Below are positions 46,801-56,029 of a stretch of DNA of 64,000 bases, piece by piece (the stretch's first letter is position 1; each line of letters begins with the position of its first letter). The notes under the pieces were generated by a model. That model saw nothing but the letters and a program-made list of their open reading frames with translations. It made no database searches and was not told the DNA's origin. The DNA comes from a virus. Position numbers and translations under genes: made by a program. The DNA lies in the IMG/VR virus record IMGVR_UViG_3300025162_000006, positions 5,209 through 69,208 of that record; one strand, written 5' to 3'.

Positions 46801-46874
46801 CACCCCTCACTGAAAAGATCAGTGAGGATTATTTATACCCACAATTTTGATAACCTTAAAACTATTAAAAAACT

Positions 46875-47681
46875 ATGAAAACATTCCAAAACATTAAAAA
46901 ACCTATTGTGTTCTTTGACCTCGAAACAACCGGATTAGATGCATTACAGGACAAAGTTTGTCAAATCTCACTGATAAAAGTCATTGGGGATACGAAAGAA
47001 AAGATTGAAACCCTGATTAATCCCGGCATACATATACCGGAATCCGTTACTGCGATTCATGGTATCACTGATGAAATGGTATCCGGTGCGCCGTACTTCA
47101 AAGACATTGCCGCTGATGTGGCTACATTCCTGAAAGATTGTGACATTGCGGGGTACAACATTATCTACTTTGATCTCCCGCTACTGATTGAAGAATTGGG
47201 GAGATGTAACAGGGAAATCTCACTGGAAGGAATCAATATTATTGATGTTTGTTTGATCTACAAAAAAATGCGCCCGAGAACGCTCACTGCTGCATACATG
47301 GAATTCACTGGAAGGAACAGGGAGGATGCGCATGATGCAACCGCAGATACACTGGCAACCATTGAGGTATTTGATGCCATGGTTGAACGGGAGAATATCG
47401 GGGATACTCCGGAGGCGTGGATGGATTACACTGTTAACCGCAAACAAATGGTTGACCTTGCCGGCAAATTGATCAGGGGAGAGAATGGAGATATTCTCTT
47501 AAACTTCGGACCGCACAAGGGAGAAAAGGTGGTCGATAACATGGGGATGCTGAAATGGATGATCGGTAAGAATTTTCCAAGGGATACAATGAACTGGGTA
47601 AATGCGATCATGGATGATAGTTCGGTAGCCTACGGGAAGACTTCTACCGAAAATGATGTTACACCCTTACCATTCGGTTAA
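46875..47681 (+). CDS. DEDDh 3'-5' exonuclease (DnaQ-like)
   Basis: FFDLETTG, AGYN...FDL, AHDATADT. Confidence 0.92.
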   Translation: MKTFQNIKKPIVFFDLETTGLDALQDKVCQISLIKVIGDTKEKIETLINPGIHIPESVTAIHGITDEMVSGAPYFKDIAADVATFLKDCDIAGYNIIYFDLPLLIEELGRCNREISLEGINIIDVCLIYKKMRPRTLTAAYMEFTGRNREDAHDATADTLATIEVFDAMVERENIGDTPEAWMDYTVNRKQMVDLAGKLIRGENGDILLNFGPHKGEKVVDNMGMLKWMIGKNFPRDTMNWVNAIMDDSSVAYGKTSTENDVTPLPFG

Positions 47682-47737
47682 ACGCTCCTATAACTCACAG
47701 AAATCAATATTCCAATAACCCTTAAACCTTATGAAAA

Positions 47738-49363
47738 ATGAATGACATTGTAAAAATTAAGATTGCGGACATTGTGATCGTTTCAAATATCCGCACACAG
47801 GACAGTAAAGCGATTGCGGAACTTGCTGAATCCATTGAATCGGTTGGCCTTATTCAACCGATTACCACAACCTTTGATGAAGAAGCGGAGAAATACCGAT
47901 TAATCACTGGTCACCGCAGGGTAGCGGCATACATTAAACTCTCTCTCCCCGAGATTGAGGCAATACTCAAACCGGAGATGTCAGATGCCGACATTATCGC
48001 ATACCAGTTAATTGAGAATATCCAACGGGAAACGGTCACCATTATTGAGGAAGCGCACTCATTTGACAAGCTTGTTAAAGAGAATCATTTGACGGTTAAA
48101 CAGATTGCGAAGTCAATAGGGAAAACCCTGAAATATGTCAACGCAAGGTTACTCCTGAATAACCTCACTGATGATGTCTCCGCACTGGTCCACTCCGGAA
48201 CCCTCACAACGCAACACGCCTTACTCTTTGCTCAATGCACCCCTGATGCTCAGGCGATGTTATTAGGGAGGATACGCCCTGATATTCTCAAACCGGAACA
48301 GGTAGAGGGTCCGAGAGAACTCAAACGGTTAATATCGCAACTGGTGGTACATTCACTGGCCGGTGCACCTTTTGATTTCGAAGATGCCGAGTTAGTGCCT
48401 CACGCCGGTAGCTGCCTCAAATGTCCGAAACGATCAGGTGCGAACAAATCACTGTTTGACACAGTGGAGAGTGAGGATGATTGTTTTGACCCTGCTTGTT
48501 ACGGGTTGAAGATTCGCGCCATGATGGATAAGATGGCCGCTCAATACCAGTTGAAGAACATTAAAGTTCATTTCCTTACGGAGAACTGGAAACCGGATTC
48601 TGAATTAGAGAAAAAGAATCTCGAATGGGGGTATAAGCTGCACACCGTAGATATGCCAAAAGGTAAACCGGTAAAAGGATTTCCATTGAGAGAGGTAGGT
48701 ATCTACATTGAGGCTCAGAATCCCGAAAAGAACGGAACGGTTGTACAGGTATTGAACGATGAAGAATGGAGAAAGTTTTACGATTTAACCGCTCCGAAAA
48801 ACAATGACTCACGCCCTGATAATAACGAATCGGTATCTGATGAAGATCAGTTCACGAAAGAATTTCAGGCCAACCGCAAGAACATTGAAAAGTTCATCAA
48901 AGAGATAACCAACGCCGCTGCGCTGCAAGTAGCGAAGTCGGATACGATTAAGCTACCGGATACCTTGCTCCGTTATCTTGGGAAGAACCTACTGGAATCG
49001 CTTGACGAAGAAGATCAAAAGGAATTCATTAAACACTTCGGGTGGTCCATGGAAGTCGCTCCGCAAAAAGAGGGTGGGGAGATCAGGGTTGTCAACTTTG
49101 AAACCTTTGAGGCTTACGACATGGATACCCTGTACCAGTCGAATATTTACAGGTACTCCGGTCGTGATCTTTATGAGGTCCTGATATTTCTCGTCTTACT
49201 GGAAATTGGTTCGCAAAGTTTTTACGGAAAGCGAATGAGTGACGAATCAATATACGGTATTGAATTAGCGAAAGAGATAGGGGTAAACACTGATGAAGTC
49301 CTTGCCTCAGTAGAGAAAGAAACGGAAAGCGCACTCAAAAAATTCATCCTGTTAAGAAATTAA
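47738..49363 (+). CDS. ParB/RepB/Spo0J family protein (long, with Cys motif)
   Basis: ELAESI...GLIQPI, LITGHRR, ENIQRE, HTH, C.KCPKR...C.DPACY. Confidence 0.88.
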   Translation: MNDIVKIKIADIVIVSNIRTQDSKAIAELAESIESVGLIQPITTTFDEEAEKYRLITGHRRVAAYIKLSLPEIEAILKPEMSDADIIAYQLIENIQRETVTIIEEAHSFDKLVKENHLTVKQIAKSIGKTLKYVNARLLLNNLTDDVSALVHSGTLTTQHALLFAQCTPDAQAMLLGRIRPDILKPEQVEGPRELKRLISQLVVHSLAGAPFDFEDAELVPHAGSCLKCPKRSGANKSLFDTVESEDDCFDPACYGLKIRAMMDKMAAQYQLKNIKVHFLTENWKPDSELEKKNLEWGYKLHTVDMPKGKPVKGFPLREVGIYIEAQNPEKNGTVVQVLNDEEWRKFYDLTAPKNNDSRPDNNESVSDEDQFTKEFQANRKNIEKFIKEITNAAALQVAKSDTIKLPDTLLRYLGKNLLESLDEEDQKEFIKHFGWSMEVAPQKEGGEIRVVNFETFEAYDMDTLYQSNIYRYSGRDLYEVLIFLVLLEIGSQSFYGKRMSDESIYGIELAKEIGVNTDEVLASVEKETESALKKFILLRN

Positions 49364-49437
49364 TTTTTTATAATTAACAAAATGTTATTATTTTGCCAAC
49401 GATAATTCACTGATTTATTCACTAAAAACAAGAAAAC

Positions 49438-50841
49438 ATGAATGTATTATCGCAAAGTCAAGGGTGGTTCATCCTGTTAATGTACTTACTGGTTATGTGC
49501 GTACTGGCATGGTGGTACTCCCGAAATGACGGGAAGATGACAAAGTTATCATTTCTCGTTGCCAACAGAACTATTCAGGGATGGTATGCGGCCTTATCAA
49601 TAGCTGCCACTTGGATATGGGCGCCCGCTTTATTCGTTGCTTCGGAAAAGGCATACACGCAAGGAATTGCAGGGGCGTTTTGGTTCATTGCTCCGAATGT
49701 TGGCGTGTTGGTTTTATTCGGTTTTTTCGCTAACTGGATGCGGAAGAAAAAGCCGGAGGGTTGGACATTCTCCGATTCAATCAGGGAGTCCTACTCGAAT
49801 CGTACTCACAATTTATTTTTAATTGAGAGTTTCGGATTGCAAACAATGTCATTTGCGGTCCAGTTATTGGCGGGTGCTGCCGTAATGAGTAAGATTACAG
49901 GGATAGGATTCTTCCCGCTTACCGTTGCCCTGGCAGTTATACCGATCATTTACACTTTCCTGAAAGGGTTAAAGACAAGCATCATGACGGACTACTGGCA
50001 AATGCTCGTCATTGCGGTGGTCCTGATTGTTGGTTTACCGTTCCTATTCGCAAGGACAGAACCCGGCTCCATTATCAGGGGATTGTCCGGAGCGAGTGGT
50101 AAGTTCGGCTCTCTCTTTGACTCAAACGGATTAAATGTTTTCCTCACATTCGGTTTGAGTACAACCATTGGACTGTTATCAGGTCCATTCGGAGATCAAA
50201 TGTTTTGGCAAAGGATTTTTGCGGTTAAAAGGAATCAGGTCAAATCGACCATGATGTGGGCCGCAGTGTTCTTCGCCATTGTTCCGATCTCACTGGCTCT
50301 ATTCGGGTTTGCGGTTGCCGGTTCCCATGTTGAAAACGCCAACACTCAATTAACGAACCTCACTGCGGTATTGAACTGGACCCCGACATGGTTCATCTGG
50401 CTTTTTATCGTACTGATTTTATCCGGATTGATCTCTACATTGGACAGTATTATCACGGCGGTATCTTCCATTGTCGGTCATGACATTCAGGTAAGAACAC
50501 AATTCAAGTTTGATGTCGTGAATGCCTCCCGTATTGCCATGGTGGTAGTGACTATCGTAGGTATTTGCATAGCGAATATTCCCGGCCTCAAAATTGTGTA
50601 CCTGTTCATGCTTTACGGGACATTGAGGGCATCGGTATTGCTCCCGACCATGTGGCATATCCTCGATAAAAAAATGTCGGAGAAAGGCCTGTTTTACGGT
50701 ATCCTGATAAGTATGGCGGTAGGGTTACCGATATTCGGGTATGGAAACCTCAATAAGATCACTTGGATGATCGTTGGCGGTTCCCTGATCTCGCTCCTTG
50801 CCAGTGGGATAATCTCACGCCTCGGGAAGAACAAAGTTTAA
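49438..50841 (+). CDS. sodium:solute symporter (SSS/SLC5 family)
   Basis: ~13 hydrophobic helices; FLVANR, LSIAATWIWAPAL, GLKTSIMTD.WQ, DQMFWQRIFA, SGLISTLDS. Confidence 0.88.
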   Translation: MNVLSQSQGWFILLMYLLVMCVLAWWYSRNDGKMTKLSFLVANRTIQGWYAALSIAATWIWAPALFVASEKAYTQGIAGAFWFIAPNVGVLVLFGFFANWMRKKKPEGWTFSDSIRESYSNRTHNLFLIESFGLQTMSFAVQLLAGAAVMSKITGIGFFPLTVALAVIPIIYTFLKGLKTSIMTDYWQMLVIAVVLIVGLPFLFARTEPGSIIRGLSGASGKFGSLFDSNGLNVFLTFGLSTTIGLLSGPFGDQMFWQRIFAVKRNQVKSTMMWAAVFFAIVPISLALFGFAVAGSHVENANTQLTNLTAVLNWTPTWFIWLFIVLILSGLISTLDSIITAVSSIVGHDIQVRTQFKFDVVNASRIAMVVVTIVGICIANIPGLKIVYLFMLYGTLRASVLLPTMWHILDKKMSEKGLFYGILISMAVGLPIFGYGNLNKITWMIVGGSLISLLASGIISRLGKNKV

Positions 50842-50873
50842 TTTCAAAGTATCAATTCAAAACAGATTTTAAG

Positions 50874-51572
50874 ATGAAAAAGATTTTAACATTATTCGCA
50901 GTGCTATTATGCACGATCTCACTGAATGCACAAGTATATGACGGTATCACACAACCCACAAGGTGGCGGGTATGGTTCCCTGCACAAATGAGTGTTGCAC
51001 CCGCTAAAACAACTACGCCAACGGTTGCTCCATTCGTGGGGTATAAGGTTGACTTGGCGAAATGGGTAAACCTGACAGCAATATATCAATACAATATCAA
51101 CAAACACGCCCATATCCCGCAAGTATGGATGAACTTCAACATTAACAAAAAGGTATATTTCCTGTTCCGCACCGGATACAATACTCAGGCGAACCAGTTA
51201 TTTGAAACCGTCTCCGGTACATGGAAAGCGCCATTGAACCTGATGTTGGATTTCACTTGGCAAAACCTGATTGTTAATAACTTCAATGAGGGAGCGACAA
51301 AGGGAACGCAAATGTTTGAGACATACGACAATTTTCAGGTACTCGGGGGATGGAAACTCACTGTTAAAGGGCGGGATATATTCGTCATTAACACTGGTTG
51401 GCGGTTCCGACAGGAGTATGTTAATAACAAGTACAATGCCGGTTTGATCTCGAACCTCCGGTTAATTGTGTATCAAAAGAACTGGCTGCAATTCGGGTAT
51501 GATTACACGAATAAAATGTTAACCGCAGCGGCCGTTATCCAGTTCGACAATTTTACAGACAAGAAGAAGTAA
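50874..51572 (+). CDS. exported, probably outer-membrane beta-barrel protein
   Basis: Signal peptide MKKILTLFAVLLCTISLNA/Q (start 50874); alternating aromatic beta strands; last strand ends ...VIQF. Confidence 0.65.
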   Translation: MKKILTLFAVLLCTISLNAQVYDGITQPTRWRVWFPAQMSVAPAKTTTPTVAPFVGYKVDLAKWVNLTAIYQYNINKHAHIPQVWMNFNINKKVYFLFRTGYNTQANQLFETVSGTWKAPLNLMLDFTWQNLIVNNFNEGATKGTQMFETYDNFQVLGGWKLTVKGRDIFVINTGWRFRQEYVNNKYNAGLISNLRLIVYQKNWLQFGYDYTNKMLTAAAVIQFDNFTDKKK

Positions 51573-51590
51573 ACCGTTATTAATCCGGAG

Positions 51591-51621
51591 AAAGGTGGGG
51601 GAGCGATCTCCCGCCTTTTTT
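51591..51621 (+). terminator. intrinsic terminator
   Basis: AAAGGTGGGGGA-GCGA-TCTCCCGCCTTT then TTT. Confidence 0.75.
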
Positions 51622-51626
51622 AAGCT

Positions 51627-52370
51627 ATGAAACAACTCACTTGGAAAAACGAAACAAGAAAACTTTCTGATCTCATACCTTGGGAAAAGAATCCCATGAT
51701 CATGACCGATTCCAAATTTGAAAAACTGGTCGGGCAGATCAATTCATTCGGGTTTACGAATCCGTTTGTTATTAACATTGATAACATGATCGTTTGCGGT
51801 CACTCCCGCAGAAAGGCATTGATTCAGTTGGGTCGGGTGGATGAAGAAGTTCCTGTAAGGGTCCCGAATCGTGCGCTCTCTTCGGAAGAATTTGAATTGA
51901 TCGCATTGGGGGATAACCGGTATATTTCAGCATTTGACCCGAAACTTGTATCCGCAAATTTTAACCCTGATGTATTACTGAAACTCGGGTTTGAAAGATG
52001 GGAATTCGGCAACCTGAATAACGATCTACTTGCAACAATGCCAACCTTTGCGGATAGACCTGATTCAAAGTTACCGGAAGATGATCGCTCCACGCTCACA
52101 CCTATTGACCTCGAAGCATTGAAAAGTGAGGGCAGTCAGTTACCGGAGCACAATGAACAGGAACCATCCGCAGAGCAAACCCAAACCGAAAAGGAAATGG
52201 CCTTTGAATTGCTCCTGAAATTATCCGTTCGGAGATCTGCTTACCAGTTGATAACCGAACTCAGGGAAAAGTATAATGCCACTACGGTATCTCAGGCGTT
52301 CCTGATGATAATTGAAACGATGGAGAGAGCGAAAGACCATCCTGATTTCAAAGACATTTTCGGAAAATAA
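51627..52370 (+). CDS. ParB/Srx N-terminal domain protein
   Basis: LSDLIPWEKNP...FGFTNPFVI...IVCGHSR. Confidence 0.85.
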   Translation: MKQLTWKNETRKLSDLIPWEKNPMIMTDSKFEKLVGQINSFGFTNPFVINIDNMIVCGHSRRKALIQLGRVDEEVPVRVPNRALSSEEFELIALGDNRYISAFDPKLVSANFNPDVLLKLGFERWEFGNLNNDLLATMPTFADRPDSKLPEDDRSTLTPIDLEALKSEGSQLPEHNEQEPSAEQTQTEKEMAFELLLKLSVRRSAYQLITELREKYNATTVSQAFLMIIETMERAKDHPDFKDIFGK

Positions 52371-52376
52371 ACAACC

Positions 52377-52964
52377 ATGTGCGGGATATATGGATACATA
52401 GGTAGTTTCGCAAGTTTTGATGTTATTAAAAAACTGATTAAATTAGCTGAAACAAGAGGGAAAAAACAGCATGGATTCAGTTATATAAAAAACGGAATGC
52501 TTTTCACTTACAAAAATACCGGTCGGGCAAGTAGAACGCTCTCACACGCTAAAAGGGTGGAGGGAGCGCAATGCATTATCGGTATCGCTCAAAATAATAC
52601 AGGGCGGTTCTCCGGTGGTCCGCAGCCGTTCACTGATGGAGAGAGCGTTTCAGTTGTTATACTGGATGATTTCAGCAGCTATAAAAGTTTATTCCGTAAC
52701 CATGACCGTAAAACACCCGCACAGATCAATTCGGTAGCCTGTATTGAGAGATTAAACCGGAGTGATATATCACCATCAAAACTACATAGAACGCTCCCTA
52801 CGCATCTCGTATTGACAATTCAGGATAACACTTTTTATGTTATGAATAAAGAGTTACCCCTGTACATTGAAGAATTACCTGATGGATTAATTTTCAGTTC
52901 CAGGCGAATTTCAGAAAAAAGCAAACCATTATTCAATTCATTCATTCATCATGTCGTTAAGTAA
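52377..52964 (+). CDS. class II (Ntn) glutamine amidotransferase-like protein, degenerate
   Basis: MCGIYGYIG N-terminus, RG...HG, QPF; lacks the usual GHxR and HNG motifs. Confidence 0.7.
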   Translation: MCGIYGYIGSFASFDVIKKLIKLAETRGKKQHGFSYIKNGMLFTYKNTGRASRTLSHAKRVEGAQCIIGIAQNNTGRFSGGPQPFTDGESVSVVILDDFSSYKSLFRNHDRKTPAQINSVACIERLNRSDISPSKLHRTLPTHLVLTIQDNTFYVMNKELPLYIEELPDGLIFSSRRISEKSKPLFNSFIHHVVK

Positions 52965-54225
52965 AGAATTTCAGGAAACAAATGTATGGGAAGCCTCACA
53001 GGAACGGGTAAAACTGGTATTTGATCGTTTCGATCATGTCTCAGTCAGCTTTTCCGGTGGTAAAGATTCAACCGTTGTGCTACATTTAGCACTGGAAGAA
53101 GCCGAGCGCAGGGGAAGATTACCACTTGATGTTTTCCATTTTGACGAAGAAGCCATACACCCTCCAACGATGGAGTATGTTGCCCGAGTAGCCAGTAACC
53201 CGAAGATAAGATTCCTTTGGTTCTGCCTACCGGTCCAGCACCGGAACGCATGCTCCCGCAAACAACCGTATTGGTATTGTTGGAACCCGAAAGAGAAGAA
53301 TATTTGGGTGCGCCCATTACCGAAAGAGGGTATCACTTATCTCAAAGGATTCGAGGCCGGTATGGATGTCCCTACTGCCTGTACGCTATTATATCCGGAG
53401 GTACAGGGAAGTAAAATCCAGTTATTAGGTATCCGCACCGAAGAATCACTCCGTAGGTACAGAGCGGTCACCGCAAGGGTGGAGGATAACTGGTTATCAT
53501 TGAGATCAGGTGCCGGTCGGTTTTACAGGGGTTATCCTATTTATGACTGGAGCTCATTAGATGTGTGGATGCCGATAGCAAAATTCGGGTGGGATTATAA
53601 CCGCACTTACGATGTTCTCAATATGTACGGGTTCTCCCCGTTGCAGCAAAGGGTTTGTCCTCCCTACGGCGAAGAACCATTACGGGGTTTACACCTTTAC
53701 AAAGCCTGTTTTCCCAAAATGTGGGATAAAATGATTAACAGGGTGCCGGGGGCCAACGCCGCAGCACTTTACGGAAATAGTGATGTTTACGGGGTGCGGT
53801 TAAAGGAACCCCCCGATGGAATGACATGGAGGGAATATCTCGAAGTGATCATGACCCTTTGGGATACAGAACAGGAAACCCGACTCAGGGAACACATTAA
53901 CGGTCAGATAAAACTCCATTATTACAAGTCAATTCTCCCCATTCACGAATCAAAGAATGACCCAGTGAGCGGTATGAGTTGGCTTTTCCTTTGTCGAATT
54001 GCATTATCAGGTGACCTGAAATTGAGAATAGCGGGGGTTGCCATAAGGGAAACAGGGAAAGCCTGTACGAAAATGGGGATAACAAACGAACAAGCGATTG
54101 AATTATACGGAACTGAAAAATTTAAAAACGATTTCAAAAATGGAACAATCAGGAAACCAAAAGACGATGAAATTGAGGAAGTCATCGGAAATGACATCGA
54201 CCTCGAAAGTGATGCCGGTGAGTAA
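52951..54225 (+). CDS. ibrA: IbrA-like PAPS-reductase/PP-loop protein (DUF3440 type)
   Basis: SFSGGKDS PP-loop, GIRTEESLRR, YPIYDW...DVW, QRVCPPYG. Confidence 0.88.
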   Translation: MSLSKEFQETNVWEASQERVKLVFDRFDHVSVSFSGGKDSTVVLHLALEEAERRGRLPLDVFHFDEEAIHPPTMEYVARVASNPKIRFLWFCLPVQHRNACSRKQPYWYCWNPKEKNIWVRPLPKEGITYLKGFEAGMDVPTACTLLYPEVQGSKIQLLGIRTEESLRRYRAVTARVEDNWLSLRSGAGRFYRGYPIYDWSSLDVWMPIAKFGWDYNRTYDVLNMYGFSPLQQRVCPPYGEEPLRGLHLYKACFPKMWDKMINRVPGANAAALYGNSDVYGVRLKEPPDGMTWREYLEVIMTLWDTEQETRLREHINGQIKLHYYKSILPIHESKNDPVSGMSWLFLCRIALSGDLKLRIAGVAIRETGKACTKMGITNEQAIELYGTEKFKNDFKNGTIRKPKDDEIEEVIGNDIDLESDAGE

Positions 54226-54703
54226 TGTACAGTGGGTACATAGATCAGAATTAACGGCAAATGATTACAACCCGAATTATGTTGCGGGTCCCGAAATGAA
54301 ACTCCTGAAAACCTCCATCATGGAGGATGGATGGACAGTGCCACTGGTAATTGATGAAAAGGGTACCATCATTGACGGATTCCACAGATTCACGCTCTCC
54401 GCAGATGCGGAAATTTACGCTCTCACGGATGGATGGTTACCGGTTGTTATTTTGACGAGAGATCAAAATGCAAGGCGGTTATCCACGATCAGGCACAACA
54501 GGGCAAGAGGTACTCATGCAGTGATTGAAATGTCGACAATCGTGCGCTTTTTACTGGAACACAATATGACGGTTCCTGAAATACAGGCACGCTTGGGGAT
54601 GGATGAAGAAGAAGTTTACCGGTTATCCGCAAAGGGTGGTATGCCGGCACAAGCGATCAGGCAGCAAAAAGATTTCAGCAAATCATGGAACCCGAAAGGA
54701 TAA
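54191..54703 (+). CDS. ibrB: IbrB-like ParB/Srx domain protein
   Basis: ANDYNPN.VA.PEM.LL..SI.EDGWT.P, IIDGFHR, TIRHNRARG.H; start approximate. Confidence 0.88.
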   Translation: MTSTSKVMPVSNVQWVHRSELTANDYNPNYVAGPEMKLLKTSIMEDGWTVPLVIDEKGTIIDGFHRFTLSADAEIYALTDGWLPVVILTRDQNARRLSTIRHNRARGTHAVIEMSTIVRFLLEHNMTVPEIQARLGMDEEEVYRLSAKGGMPAQAIRQQKDFSKSWNPKG

Positions 54704-55047
54704 AAGTAATTGCCATTACCGGCAGCCGATCAGGTATTGACAGGGGAACAGTGCACCAGTATTTGAGTGCGCTGCTCTCCCTTGGCAATTATGAGATCGT
54801 GACCGGTGGTGCAAAAGGGGTTGACAGATTCGCTATTGAATTTGCGGAATTACATGGAATAAAGCATACCGAAATTCTACCTGATTATAACCGTTATAGC
54901 ACAGTGGCGCCAATTATCAGGAACAAAGAGATCGTAAAAAATGCGGATATGGTATATGCTTTTTGGGATGGATTAAGTAAGGGAACTTTACACACTATCA
55001 CCTATGCAAGCAAAATCGGAAAAAGAATACTCGTTATTAAAAACTGA
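54685..55047 (+). CDS. SLOG-superfamily protein (YspA/DUF2493-like)
   Basis: IAITGSR, IVTGGAKGVD, APIIRN, AFWDG.SKGT. Confidence 0.85.
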   Translation: MEPERIKVIAITGSRSGIDRGTVHQYLSALLSLGNYEIVTGGAKGVDRFAIEFAELHGIKHTEILPDYNRYSTVAPIIRNKEIVKNADMVYAFWDGLSKGTLHTITYASKIGKRILVIKN

Positions 55048-56029
55048 CAATGGCATTTATGGATTATACACCTACCATAGCACTTGGACCTCTGCCTCCG
55101 GTCCGCTCAATGACCCCGAAAGTCAGAGGCAAAACAATATAGTTGCGGGATTCAAGAATAGAGGCCACAATACCGAACTGTTTTCCCGAAGGATAAAACA
55201 GGTTGCTCTCCTGTTAAACTGTACACGAATCGTTGCCGTACCTCCGCACGATCTGAAACAGAGCAATATTCAAAAGTTGTTTCCTGGCAATGGGATTATT
55301 CGCACCACGCCCGGGCCCAAACGGAAATACAAAAAAAATGAGTTATCCCTCTCTCATTTTTCAATCAGTGATACAAAAGAGCGCACCCTACTGGTGGATG
55401 ATCTCTCTACCACTGGATACACCTTAAAATTCTTCGCTAATTCATTTCAGGATTGTGAGTTATTCGCTATTGGTATCAATGCGAAACTTAATCCACGCAC
55501 AGTCCGGATGCTCCAAGATCAGGATATCAAGCCTCAGCCTGAGATCAAACCGGAGGATACTGGTAAGATACAGGTTGACAATGTAAGCGACAGGGTGGCG
55601 TTCATTGCTGCTTTACAGAATGGAATGGGGTTAACTCATGGGTGCAGATTAATCCAGTGGCACCCGAAAGAAATGTCCGCTCTACTGATTCGGGAACCGG
55701 AATTCCGCAAAGAGTGTGAACACGCTCTAAAATTCGCCTCGAAAGCCTTACTGGTCATGAGTAACAGTTTTCTCGAAAATAAGAAATTCGACAAATGGCT
55801 CCATCAGAACGAATACATTAAGGCGTTCCATACCGATCTCAATGTTTGGGAGTGTTACCGGCGTAGGGAATTGGTAACGGATATTGATCTCATTAACGGA
55901 TTCAGGATATTCGGTAGCATTGGAGAACTGGCTACCTCTACCGGTTTTACCGGACCTGAATTGATTGAACATATTGCTACAAACAAACGGTTGTCAATTT
56001 ATTTCACTGAAATAGGAGTGTTAAAATGA
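55004..56029 (+). CDS. ComF-like phosphoribosyltransferase fused to a helical/HTH-like C-terminal domain
   Basis: IVAVPPH and LLVDDLSTTGYTL PRPP-binding motif; C-terminal ~150 aa helical. Confidence 0.7.
   Translation: MQAKSEKEYSLLKTDNGIYGLYTYHSTWTSASGPLNDPESQRQNNIVAGFKNRGHNTELFSRRIKQVALLLNCTRIVAVPPHDLKQSNIQKLFPGNGIIRTTPGPKRKYKKNELSLSHFSISDTKERTLLVDDLSTTGYTLKFFANSFQDCELFAIGINAKLNPRTVRMLQDQDIKPQPEIKPEDTGKIQVDNVSDRVAFIAALQNGMGLTHGCRLIQWHPKEMSALLIREPEFRKECEHALKFASKALLVMSNSFLENKKFDKWLHQNEYIKAFHTDLNVWECYRRRELVTDIDLINGFRIFGSIGELATSTGFTGPELIEHIATNKRLSIYFTEIGVLK

Noticed and set aside
50763-50873. Longer N-terminus for the barrel gene (similarly the starts at 21747, 33439, 37054, 44440, 46096, 56495, 59231)
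   Set aside because: These extensions overlap upstream genes or structured RNA; downstream ATGs have A-rich leaders and give proper signal peptides or N-termini.
52951-54225. Sulfate-assimilation auxiliary gene (true CysH)
   Set aside because: Length, DUF3440-type C-terminus and pairing with IbrB indicate the IbrA family; no CysH ECGLH-type C-terminal motif and no other cys genes.
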